A stretch of 64,000 nucleotides of DNA from Paraspadella gotoi. Taxonomy: Eukaryota; Animalia; Chaetognatha. The notes beneath the pieces were generated by a model. It was not told where the DNA came from, made no database searches, and worked only from the letters and a program-made list of their open reading frames with translations. Shown here in pieces: positions 12,292 to 61,812 of the stretch; positions within the stretch are counted from its first letter, which is position 1; each line of letters opens with the position of its first letter. Location: assembly GCA_051294375.1 (NCBI GenBank), contig CM119269.1:1566537-1630536 (forward strand), given 5' to 3'. The translations under genes were made by a program, and so were the position numbers.

Positions 12292-13322
12292 AGAAAAAAG
12301 ACCTTTACCGATCTACATGCTCATTTTTACCAAAATAACATTTGAGCCGATCACTGAACTCCCCGCAGAATGTGCCAAAAATGTTATCTGTGATTATACG
12401 AGAGATTATACAAGTGAAATCTTATATATATGACAGTTTCTTTGTGAAATAGTAAGTTAATTTTAGAAATTCACGAAAAGAAAAAGATTTTCTTGTTTCC
12501 AGTTTTGTATTTTTAATAGAGCTAAATAGTAATTAAATAGTAATTAAGAAAGAATAACAATTAAAGACAAGACAAGACAAGCAATTTCTCCAACGAAACG
12601 CAATTTCGTTGTTGGCAGTTTTTTAAAAGTTGCAATTAACGCGTTTATTAGGTATTNNNNNNNNNNATGCGTTTATTAGGTATTCATCTTGTTTTAGTCG
12701 AAGATTCCATTTGAACCGAAGGATAATCTGTGAGATTAGGGAATTAGCAATAAAGTAATACTCCCTATTTATTTAAACTATGTAAACACTTACCCTGTCC
12801 CCTACCTATTCTGTCGCAGATGGTTGCGCAACCGAAAATGTCAGAACCCAATTTCGGGAAACGCCGCTCCTGATGTTCAAGTAGTCGGATAAATGTCAGA
12901 GATATGTAAAGATATACAAACGAATCCATCTCAGCGTTAAATGTCAAGTCATTAATACACAACTACGCACCTTTACCATCTGTTGACATTCCATGACGCA
13001 ATCTCGGAAGGCATCATCGCCAGAAAAACGTTCGTCGGAAGGAAACATCGGGGCCGACTTATTTCTTTTAAGATAAGTATCAGGATAAGTTATCGTTAAA
13101 GCCAAGAAACAAATTAGACTCGTACTCCTCACCTGAGGTCCCTCTTGCCCCACCCAAATCCACCCCCACCCATCAGGTAAGGCAACCAAAACATCCAATC
13201 GGTGAAACCCCCGCCTCCGCGGTTGTCCGAAGATCCTCCTTCGCTGACAGTCACCTGTGATAGTTGTCATCGTTTGGAATAGTTTATGATAAAATATCGC
13301 ATCTAATACTGGTTAAGTTTAA

Positions 13323-13529
13323 TATAGCAGCAGCTGGGTCGCCTGTGATGACCATTGGGAAGGGGCATCTCACTGTTGGCTTAAGGGGTTACCGACTCTC
13401 AGGGACTCCTATCACTGACGCGGTTACCCTAGGACGGTCTCGCTTTGCCAACGCAGAGGAAAGTCGTTACTCGTTAGGACTGTGGATGGAACGCAACGCG
13501 TTCCCCCTACAGCTGAGGATACCGCCGCA
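13323..13529 (-). mobile_element. Family A solo-LTR-like repeat, internally deleted
   Basis: Similar to 60671-60912 from TATAGCAGC to ACCGCCGCA; no clean TSD. Confidence 0.7.
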
Positions 13530-13930
13530 GTATTTTCTTTCTAAAGCCTTACCAATATACACAGCAGCAGGAGTAGAGAAATGACTGATCCAGGACGAAG
13601 CATTCTTCGATGTTTGCCACTGAAACTAATCCTATATGAAGTTACGTAACTTGTATATTGTATAATGTATAACAACCGCCACCAAAGGTACAAATACTAC
13701 TAATAGTCATAAAGGTGAGCGTGCGGCTTGTGTAAATGTTAAGCAACGCAACAACTTTAACAGGAACAGTTGATATTTCAATCAATAATTAATAATAAGA
13801 AAACAAAAAAAATTTAATAATAAGATAATCGTCCGAAAATTAATTTTCGACTACAATTTGGCAAAAAATGTCGCAACGTTTTTTATCTTGATCTTCAATG
13901 CCGATTTTCGTTTCCTGGGCGAGAAAGGAA

Positions 13931-14033
<103 letters not shown>

Positions 14034-14149
14034 AAAAAATATTTTATTGGTTGTACAATATTATAATTAAATAATTAAATCAAAAAGGTACTCGGGATAA
14101 CTTTTTAAAATTTAGAGGATTCAAATTTATAAATTATTTCAGAAATTGA

Positions 14150-14606
14150 TTATAAGTAGAACTGAATAAATTCATAAAACGAAATATATCCTACCCGAGA
14201 ATCCGCCAATCGTCGGAGACATTGATCGACGCAAATATTGTTGTCAATGCCGACGCCGCCGACGCCGCCGACGTTGCTAACGTCCCTCTTTCCCTGACCC
14301 CAACCTACGCCGATGTTGGGGACGGGCCAAGGGGTCCAGCGATCGTTGCCGTTGGAGGAGCATGTGAAAGAGGGCGGAACCTAATGGGGACATAAAGCAA
14401 CGGGACAACTCCGACGTTCATTAAAGGATCACGTTGCCAAACTTTTTTTGACTTTCAACGCTCAAACAATGATCAATCTAACATTTTAGCATGCTTCTGG
14501 TAAAATGAGAAATATTTTATAAAAGTTTCACAAAAATTAGGAGACGATGATTCCCTGTTTTTACCCAAATCAAAAGAAGCGCTGTGAACAGAAAAAATGA
14601 CAGCAT
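14150..14606 (-). CDS. Candidate secreted neuropeptide precursor (exons 14606-14565 and 14380-~14195/14150)
   Basis: AAAAATG start; phase-0 GT-AG splice gives MLSFFLFTALLLIW|VPPSFTCSSNGNDRWTPWPVPNIGVGWGQ-GKR-DVSNVGGVGGVGIDNNICVDQCLRRLADSR...FYL*: signal peptide plus amidation/dibasic site. Confidence 0.6.
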
Positions 14607-14868
14607 TTTTTTGAGTTGTCGTTCTTTCTGTTAAATCGCGTTTTCACTGGAAACGATAAAGTTATTAAATTATTTAATTATTAAATTAATATTCACGCAC
14701 AGTTTTGATTTAAAGACTGGATGGAGCTCGTTTCGCTGGTAAATAAAATGCATTCTTCGTTCTTATTTTTTTTATACAAAGATTTTTCTCATCTCTTTTG
14801 CTCCTTTGGTCTTTTATTGTAACCTAATACGGTCGTGAATCACAATTCCGAATAAGTATACAAAAGAA

Positions 14869-14961
<93 letters not shown>

Positions 14962-15284
14962 GAGAGAGAGAAAGATACTTTTGTCCTGATAGTACCATTC
15001 GATAGAAAAACAGAGGAAGGGAATTTCTAGATTTTAACTGGTAATTTTGTTTAACAACATACGCTTAGTTTAATATAGTGATTTTCAATTATGAATTACT
15101 GAAAATGAATTCGTGAAAAATAACGCCCTGGAGATGTAAGGGTTAAAAAGTAACCGTGCAACGCACGAGGTGAATAATTGTGAGGGTCTCATTAGTTGTC
15201 GATTGTTTTAAAAAGGGACTTAACGCTTTTGAAATGCATTTGACTTAGATCGTTATTGTCACGTTAATGAAAGGGTAACACCTT

Positions 15285-15340
<56 letters not shown>

Positions 15341-15941
15341 CGAAATAATGACTTACTTTCTTGACTTAAAGACATTTCTTACCCCGTAAAATAATCGTAC
15401 CGATTGACGCTCCCGGCTGAAGGCAGGCTCGGTTTTTTATTTTGTTTCACTTTTTTAAATATTATAGTTATTATTCTGATAACATTACCGCTCTTTAAAC
15501 CAGTTTTATTTCAGTTTAAACAAATTCTGATAGATGATTATTAATTTAAAACGATTATAATGAATCTTGTATTATTGTAAAAACCGAGTTTCGTTTGTGG
15601 ACGCAATTAATCTTCGTAAAAGAAGAAACAGAGAAGAATTTAGAAAATTGTTCGTTTAAGAAGCGCGCCCAGGTAAAACCAATTAGGGGGAAGATTGGCG
15701 AGAAAATAATATAAAATATAAAAAGAAAAACCATTTCATAATCTAGATCATTATAACTTATAATACAAGATATTGACAATCATGTGGGACCACTTATTAA
15801 GTACCTCGTTTGAGGAAACAAAAGAATAACTAGATGGCAGCATAGCCGTGGTCTACCGATTAGGATTAAACAAATGAGCAACTGCCTTATAAAGTTGAAT
15901 AAATTGTTTCCAACGCCTCAAATTATCGCTTCATCCTCCAG

Positions 15942-16250
15942 ATGCACGGAGGCTGGTTGAAGAACTTTTTCCCGAGCCCAAATACAGAGCGCGCCGAGCT
16001 CCACGCCGAGTCGAGCCCAGAGGCCGTCCGAATCGTGCCCGACCGAGCCCAAGATCCTACCATGACAGCGACGGGTTTGGGCCACGCCCAAGGCATCATA
16101 TGGGCCAAATTGGACCGGGCGTTGAAGCCGAGCCTGAAGCTCTTCTTCGTCATTCTCGCGGTGTCGGCTTTGTCGGCCGGATTCGTCTACGCCTTTGGCG
16201 ACCTTTTCAGACCTTATCGATTTCGAGGTGGGTGTGTTCGAGAAGATGGC

Positions 16251-16293
<43 letters not shown>

Positions 16294-16331
16294 CATGATG
16301 ATGACGACGACGACGACGACGACGACGACGA

Positions 16332-16363
<32 letters not shown>

Positions 16364-16487
16364 AGATGATGATGATGATGATGATGATCATGATGATGAC
16401 ATGATGATGATCATGATGATGACGACGACGACGACGACGACGACGATGATGATGATGATGATGATGATATGATGATCGCATGATGAT

Positions 16488-16521
<34 letters not shown>

Positions 16522-18552
16522 ATGCTAACGCAGAGGGAAGTCGTTACTCGTTAGGACTGTGGATGGAACTCAGCGCCTGGGATGGTGCGTTCCCCCTCTG
16601 AGTGAACGGGATTGGCAGAACGATGCTTGATGTGAGGCGGTGTGAATATACCGCCGCAATATCGTCAAACGAGATTTACATCTAGTAAGAACAGCGCGGA
16701 GGATAATTTTACCACACCGCTTATCCTCGATCCCGCCAGATTGGTTGACCGCCGTCGTTCCTCTAAAGAAACACGACGACACCGAGTTCGAGGCGCCCTT
16801 CTTCAGGAAACTCAACCTGAGATCGAAGACGCAGAGATTGACGACGTGCTCCTGGAGCGAGGGTGAGGACAAGGGGCGAGGCTCACTGGGCGCAGTATTC
16901 ACTCTTAACTATTCACTATTCAGCCTTTGGTCACCCTAAGAATCGTTAAATGTTGAAGGGAAAATCTCGTAGTTCGTAAATGAACCCCAGGACATGGAGA
17001 CCGGGACATTGGGACCAGGACATTGGAGACTGGGACATTGGAGACTGGGACATTGGGCCCAGGACATGGAGACCGGGACATTGGGACCAGGACATTGGAG
17101 ACTGGGACATTGGGACCAGAAAATTGGAGAGCGAAGGAACCGAAAGAGAAAATCTAATCATTTACCTCATTTTTAGGACTTTTCCTGTTTTCTTTGTTTC
17201 GTTTGTATCCTATTATGTATTTTGTATTAAATGTATTTTATTAGTGGATTTTATTGAGTTGTTTTTGGTGTGGTTATTGACAGTCGTTGATGCGTGGATG
17301 CATCCCTCGTTCAGGTCAACCCTTGTATCTCCCCGACGAAAACGACGAGCTGGAACAAATTGTGATCACGTGGATGAACGCCATGAATTTGACTTACTCG
17401 CTCTTCGCTGGGTCCTTGTTAGGTATGAACCAAATGGAATTGATGAACGATTGAATGAATTTAAAAATTAACAAATGAACGAATGAAACATTAAATAAAT
17501 TAAAAAAATTTTAATGAATGAGTCAATCAATAGAAGCATGAATGATTGAAAATTAAATATATACATAGATAAATAAATTAAAAAAAAAATAAAAAATTAA
17601 TGTATTTAAATTGGTAAGTAAAGAATTGAACTAATGAAAAATGAAGGAAATAAATGAGACAGAATGCATATGCAGTTGTAATTATTATTGGAGCACATAT
17701 GTTTCCCAATCCCCTCAGGCGCATATCGCCACCAGGGCAAAATCCCCGACGAAAATGGGATGGACATTTTACTTCCTGTTCCGCTCAACTTTGGCTGCGA
17801 CGCTCCGGACAACCCCACCCCTAATGCTGGAAAAAAACAACAAAAACAACAAAAACAACAACAACAACAAGGAAAAAACAACGCCACTAAGGCCGCCGGG
17901 ACCGTCGTCCCCGCGTCCGCCGTCTCATCTCGGCCGTCGGTCTGCCACGAGCCGATTCTCGACGGCGTGGTCCGCGAGTTCGAGCGCCGCATCGCCGACA
18001 CGCGGGCGCCGTTCACCGTCTCGCGTCACCTCTGGCGCGGAATCCGGTTGACGAGGGCGCGGGGACGCGTCATCGACAGGGAACTCCACGTCGACATATT
18101 AGTGATGGATGGGTGAGAGAGTGGGGTAAGGGGGGCTTGATGAAGTTGGGAAATGGAGAATGGGAATTATGCAGCAACGAGAGAACCGAGAAAATAATCG
18201 CGCGAAGAATGCTATAATTTGTATAAAATATCTTACTACTCGATTTGCTTTTAAATCCTAACCAACATTCTCCCTCACTCGCCCCCCTTTAATCGCGACA
18301 TGGCTGACGTTCAGCAACTCGTACTGGATGGAGCAATTTGTTAAGCCGACGTGCAAGTGTTGGTTTCGATCCATCTTCGCGCAGTGCGTCGCCGATCCCA
18401 TTGCCGCTCTCATGGAATATTCCAAGCAAACAAAGGAGCAGCTTTTGACGCCGTCCACCCAGGCGAAGGAGGGAAGAGCCGGGCGAAAGGACAGGAGCAA
18501 AAAGAATCCCTTCCATCCAAAATGGCGATTGAAGGTTAAAGTCAAGAACTGA
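15942..18552 (+). CDS. LicD/fukutin-related (FKRP-like) nucleotidyltransferase-fold type II membrane protein; exons 15942-16227, 16740-16862, 17315-17422, 17719-18112, 18315-18552
   Basis: Phase-consistent splicing; N-terminal TM (LFFVILAVSALSAGFVYAF); YSLFAGSLL|GAYRHQGKIPDENGMDILL matches LicD GSLLGAxRHxGxIPWDxDxD; LHVDIL and FVKP...F...DP...L..Y match downstream LicD motifs. Confidence 0.8.
16251..16520 (+). repeat. (GAT/GAC)n trinucleotide microsatellite, intronic
   Basis: Direct reading. Confidence 0.95.
16524..16658 (-). mobile_element. Family A repeat, partial copy with terminal hairpin
   Basis: Matches one half of family A; hairpin GGCGGT-GTGAATAT-ACCGCC then GCA|ATAT. Confidence 0.7.
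16985..17118 (+). repeat. Compound minisatellite built from GGAGAC(C/T)GGGACATT and GGGACCAGGACAT units
   Basis: Direct reading; in LicD intron 2. Confidence 0.9.
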
Positions 18553-19425
18553 TTACGAGTCATTCGTTTTCTTCGGCTTAATTTTTAAAACGTTTCTTCG
18601 TCCAGTTAGACATTTGTGTATTACGGTGCGCTTTCATTGTTTTGAGTTTAGATTTCATATTAAAGTTATTTAGTAATTATATTATGCTTTGAAACTTTTC
18701 TAATTTAAAAAAAATACTGTAGATTCTAGACAGTTGAGGAAGCCACATGGTCAATTGGTCATGTATTTCTTAGGTTTGAAAGAAAAACAAAAAGTTTTAA
18801 GGCGAAGTTAAAAATAGGATTGTCTCATTTTTCTTTCTTTGGCGTCAGTGAACTAATGTTGATAGTTATCGGATTTCAGGGCTTCGGAGAATATTTATAA
18901 TTTAGCATCGTATCTAAGAAGTAAGTTGTACCTTTCTTTGGATCAAAAACCAATTGAAAATTTTCTAAAATTTTATTTAATAAATACGCAAACATGAAAC
19001 AACATCAAATATTTACCATAACTGAGGCTACAACAGTTGATTTAACTAAATACAGAGCTTCGCAAGGCCCAAATGATCCGTTTTAAAATAGCGCACGTGG
19101 AATGAAGATAAAGATCCGCTGAACGTCTTTAAAAAAAGAAAGAAAAAACCTCAAGGGAACATTCTGCACGCTCGAGTTCCTTAAAAAGTTTTTGAACAAA
19201 TAAATAAGCCTGAAAAAGGCATGAAAATCAAAAAGGAACCACGAAATAACCACCAAAAAATACCAACGTGAATATTTTTAAATATGCCACTAATTAATAA
19301 ATAAACAAAATTACAATAATGATTATTGTTAAACTATAATGAATGAAAAAAAAGAAAGAAATAAAGGGGTGTCATCGTCCGGATCCTTCAAAGATTTTGA
19401 TCATCTCGGAGATGGCGTCTTTGGA

Positions 19426-19458
19426 CTAAGCGAAGCTCTCCACCGAAGTTGACGGCGA

Positions 19459-19499
<41 letters not shown>

Positions 19500-19960
19500 A
19501 ATTTTCGTCGTCTTCCACTTCATTTGCTGAGCGCCGATCACCGGCGTCGTCGTGCCAACGACGCCGAGTTTCGTCGGCGGCGTCGTTAGCGTCTGGACCG
19601 GCGACAATAGGCTCAGCGTCCTTTTCAAGCGTCGACAGAACAGAGCCGGCGTCGGTAAGCGGCGCCGTGATCTGCGGCTTCATCCTGCCGGCGTCGGGAT
19701 TTGGCGCCGGAAGCCGGTAACTCAGGGTCGTCGGCGTCGTCGCTAGTAAAACAAAATGAGAATGTTCATGAGCGTCGATCGGCGGGAAAACGAAAGTGTG
19801 TCCTCTCGATCAATAATTACTGTCTCTCTGTCTCTGTCTCTCTGTTTCTGTCTCTGTGTCTCTGTCTCTGTCTCTCAGACTCAGTCTCATTCATTATTCT
19901 CTCTTTTCTATCCTCCTTCTCTGACTTTCTCATTTCTTATTCCTTACTGCAACCTCTTTA

Positions 19961-20045
<85 letters not shown>

Positions 20046-20439
20046 TTGTAACCATTCGTCTCCAGTGTCGCCCTCTCCATCGATCCTCTCTCCTCCTCCT
20101 CCTCCGAACTCGATCACCGGAATCTGCTGCGCCGCCGCGCGCCGCTGCGGGGCTACTTGCCGATTCGGCGGCGGCGTGGCGCGGTGCTGCCGCGGGGCCA
20201 CCGACGCCAGCGGCGAAAGCGGCGCCATCGGCGAAGTCGGCGTGGTTCCGGCGCCGCCACGAGGAAAAAAGGCGCCGTGACCTCGGGAGGGCGTCGGGGA
20301 GAGAGGCGGCGGCGAGGAGGCGGGGAAGGGATGAGGGAAAGGGGATCCGAGGGGAGAATGGAGGAAGGGAGAAGGAAGAGGGGAATGATGGAGGGAAGGA
20401 GAGCGGGGATACTGAGCGGTGGGGTCGTCGGGTGGAACC
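19426..20439 (-). CDS. Putative last two exons of a Pro/Ser-rich protein (~20439-20052 and 19742-19426); upstream exons unresolved
   Basis: GC-rich blocks with polypyrimidine-AG acceptors; open frames VPPDDPTAQYPRSPSLHHSPLPSP... and ...MKPQITAPLTD...SVESFA*. Confidence 0.45.
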
Positions 20440-21106
20440 TGAGAGGAAAAGGAATGAGTGAAGAAAAGGGAAGAAATTAAAAGGGTTGAGTTCGATTGAG
20501 AGGAAATAATTAATTCTTCTTTTTTTTTAAGTAGATGGAGGAGAAATGGTCAAAATGAAGGGAATGTAAAAAGGGAAAAATTTTTTATTTGATTAAAGAG
20601 GAAATCGATTAATTTCTTGGGGTGCCACTCTGGTGCCACTCTGGTGCCACCGTGTCAAAGCCTTGGCGTCCAAAAAAAAAAAAGGAACCTGTGATTGGCT
20701 GCGAGGCTTTCGCGAGATCATGGCGACTTATGATCTTTGAAATATATTCGTTTTATCTCGAACTCAACATATGTAATTCAGTAATTTATAAGTATTAAAA
20801 ATAACTGTGTCTATGACAAGAGACGAAACAACATATTTAATCTGGAGAGTCATCGGTTCTTCGATAATCGATTCTTCACGAATCAATCTGGAGAGGTCTT
20901 ATTTCTCGTCCAATAATGAAGATTGAAGAGGAAATCTGCTTTGAGTTTGACCCTCTTCTCTCTCTCTGTGTGTCTGTGTGTCTGTCTGTCTGTCTCTGTC
21001 TGGTCTGTCTGTCTGTCGTCTGTCTCTCTCTCTCTTCTCTCTCTCTCCTCTCTCTCTCTCTTCTTCTTCTCTCTCTCTCTCTTGTCTCTCTCTCTCTCTC
21101 TGCTCT

Positions 21107-21154
<48 letters not shown>

Positions 21155-21212
21155 CTCTCTCTCATTCCTCCTCTCTTCTTCCCCATTTCCTCCTCTCTTT
21201 CTCAACCTGATA

Positions 21213-21257
<45 letters not shown>

Positions 21258-21333
21258 TTCTCTCTCTCTCTGTGTGTGTCTGTCTGTCTGTCTCTGTCTC
21301 TCTCTCTACTCTCTCTCTCTCTCTCTCTCTCTT

Positions 21334-21374
<41 letters not shown>

Positions 21375-22189
21375 TCCTCCTAATCTTCTTCCCCATTCCT
21401 CCCTCTCTTTTCACCTGATAATTTTTCCGACCGCAGACGGCGTCCTCGGTCCCGATGAAACGTTGGCGATTGCGGCGCCGCTAGCTTCCGCTGCCGCCCC
21501 CACTGCTCAGCACCGCTCCGGCGCCAACCGGGCGTCTAAAACCGGAAGTTAGAGGACGTAAATGTCGTGAAGCGACTCGAGTCTCCGCCGCGAGCGAATT
21601 TTACGATTCCGAAAAGATAGACCTTGCCTGTTTTTTTTTTTGCGGTTTCTGTTGTTGTTCCTCTCTCTCTCCTCTCCTCTTTCTCTCTCTCTCTCCCTCT
21701 CTCCCTCTCTCTCTCTCTCCTCTTCTCTCTCTCTCTCCCTCTCTCTCTCTCTCTTCTCTCCCCCTTATTCTGCGTCGTTTTCTCCACTTTCACAGCGTCA
21801 TAATTTATCTATTCACGGCCTCCTGTTTTCTTAAACCAACTTAACATATTTGAATGATTTCATAATCAAGCCAAACCCGCGAGATTTCTGACCCTCGTCG
21901 ATTTCCCGAAACAACTTGATTTCCCCCCTCCCGCCATCTTTTCAATCAGGAGCCTTCTTCCCTCTCTCTCTCTCTCTCTCTCTCCTTCTTCTCTCTCTCT
22001 CTCTCTCTCTCTCTGGAATTCACGTGGGCGGGGAGACGAAATAGAATTATGGTTTCCTGTTAACGCGAGCGAGATTTTATTCTCACTCTTTTTTTTTTTT
22101 TTTTTTTTAAACTGGAGAAAGGAATTTAACCTCATCCTCCAACCGGTTGGAGGGATCGAGGTGAAATTCAAACTATAGTGGTTAGTGGT

Positions 22190-22329
22190 TAGTGGTTACA
22201 GCTGGGTAGCGAGGCTGTGTGAAATTTTCTGCTGTCCACCTTACTATGGCTTCAATGTGTAGTGGTTACAGCTGGGTAGCGAGGCTGTATGAAATTTTCT
22301 GCTGTCCACCTTACTATGGCTTCAATGTG
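22190..22329 (+). repeat. 2x ~70 bp tandem duplication
   Basis: tagtggttacagctgggtagcgaggctg...ggcttcaatgtg repeated. Confidence 0.9.
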
Positions 22330-23617
22330 CAACCCTTTCTACTTTTAATCCAAGTTCTATCAGTTCGTTACTTATACATTATAGAGAAGTCTGGTTTTCC
22401 CAGATTTTTCTCCAGTCAACTTTGAAATCTCTTCGCCCACTCCTTGCCTCGTCTTTCTCGGACTTGGCCGACAAGAACCGGATTTTCATTCCATCGATCG
22501 CTCAACGCGATGACGCCGTTTCGTTCCGTCCACGCATCATTCGATTCTTACTCGCCAATCATTAATCTTTTTATTATTTTAAAACATAAAAACTAATATT
22601 TATCAGTCATAAAACCCATCATATTATTGACAAATGAATCAAATTATTTCACGGTACACGATTCTCGTCGTCCACCCCAGTCACAGTTCTTCCCTCCTCT
22701 CCCATTTTCCTCACCTCTTCGCTATCGGGGAATTCTCCTCACCCGATCTCGCCCGAGCCGAGTTGGCGTCCCAACTTCGGGGAGGTTGGGGGTGGGAGTG
22801 GATCTGGGGGGGATGGTGGTGACCCCAAGTCGACCCCTTTCCTCCTCCTCCTCCTTCGTTTCCATTCATCTCGTAGCCTTGAGTCGTGGATTCTGTTTTA
22901 AAAAAAAATCTCCTAAGGCATTTTGATATTTTTCCCTGCGTGAAACACAAAAGCAAGAATTTATTTTTTTAGATTTTTTTAGATTTTTATGTAGAAAGGC
23001 TCTTTGATGCTTTTTAATCTTATTGTCGTCGTCGTCGTCGTCGTCGTCGTCCTGATCCGCCCACGCCTGCGAACGACGTCAATCGTCGTCTAAATCGGGT
23101 GCGGGTTGACAGATGTCGCTTCTCCAAGTCTTCCTTCTCGATTTATATACATTTCGTTCTTGACATCTCCCTCCTTTTTTTCTTCTGTCGTTGTTGTTGT
23201 CCCTCATGGTCGTCGTCGTCGTCGTCATGGTCTTTTGTTTTTGACCACATTTTTTTTCTTTCTTGTTGGTTTTTTTTTTCAAAAATACAATTAACCAATT
23301 TATAAATTATGTCAACATCTTCTCTTTATTGTCATCTGCAACGTTATCATTAACAACGATATCATAATTATGTTCACATCTTCTCTTTATTGTCATCTTC
23401 AACGTTATCATTAACAACGATATCATAATTATGTCAACATCTTCTCTTTATTGTCATCTTCAATGTTATCATTAACAAAGATATCATAATTATGTCAACA
23501 TCTCCTCTTTATTGTCATATTCAACATAATCATTAACAATGATATCATAATTATGTCAACATCTTCTCTTTATTGTCATCTTCAACAAAATCATTAACAA
23601 CGATATCATAATTATGT

Positions 23618-61120
<37,503 letters not shown>

Positions 61121-61182
61121 CTGGAGAGAAAATTGGTGAATATATGTATGGAGAAGAGAGAGAGAGAGAGAGAGAGGAGAGA

Positions 61183-61219
<37 letters not shown>

Positions 61220-61321
61220 AAGAAGAGAGAGAGAGAGAGAGAGAGAGTGAGAGAGAGAGAGAGAAGAGGAGAGAAAGAGAGAGAAAAGAGTGAGAGAGAG
61301 GAGAGAGAGGAAGAGAGGAGA

Positions 61322-61374
<53 letters not shown>

Positions 61375-61407
61375 AAGAGAGAGAAAAGAGAGAGAGAGAG
61401 AGAGAGG

Positions 61408-61444
<37 letters not shown>

Positions 61445-61499
61445 GAGAGAAGAGAGAGAGAGAAAAGAAGAAGAAAGAAAGGAAAGAAAGAAAGAAAGA

Positions 61500-61725
61500 A
61501 ATGTCGCAAAGTAGATTTCATAAAATGTATTTTCACAATAAGTCCATAAAAGTCCAGTAAAACTGTATTTTGGACGGGCGACGTGGTTTTCAATGTGGGT
61601 CTAAAACATAACTCAAGAATAAAAAATAGACCAGTAAACGCTAGTGACGGGACAGAAAACCGACCGGTAAAATTGGTTAATTAATAAAGAATTGGTGACC
61701 TCGCGATCGACCAAAAAAAGTAAAA

Positions 61726-61812
<87 letters not shown>

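Noticed and set aside
12697-13270. Separate minus-strand gene from ORFs 12765-12962 and 12944-13270
   Set aside because: No consistent exon chain or recognisable domain; + strand exons of the upstream gene are equally plausible.
20876-21418. Long RE/LS-repeat ORFs (also 26807-27544, 61006-61593 and others)
   Set aside because: Translations of (AG)n/(CT)n microsatellites.
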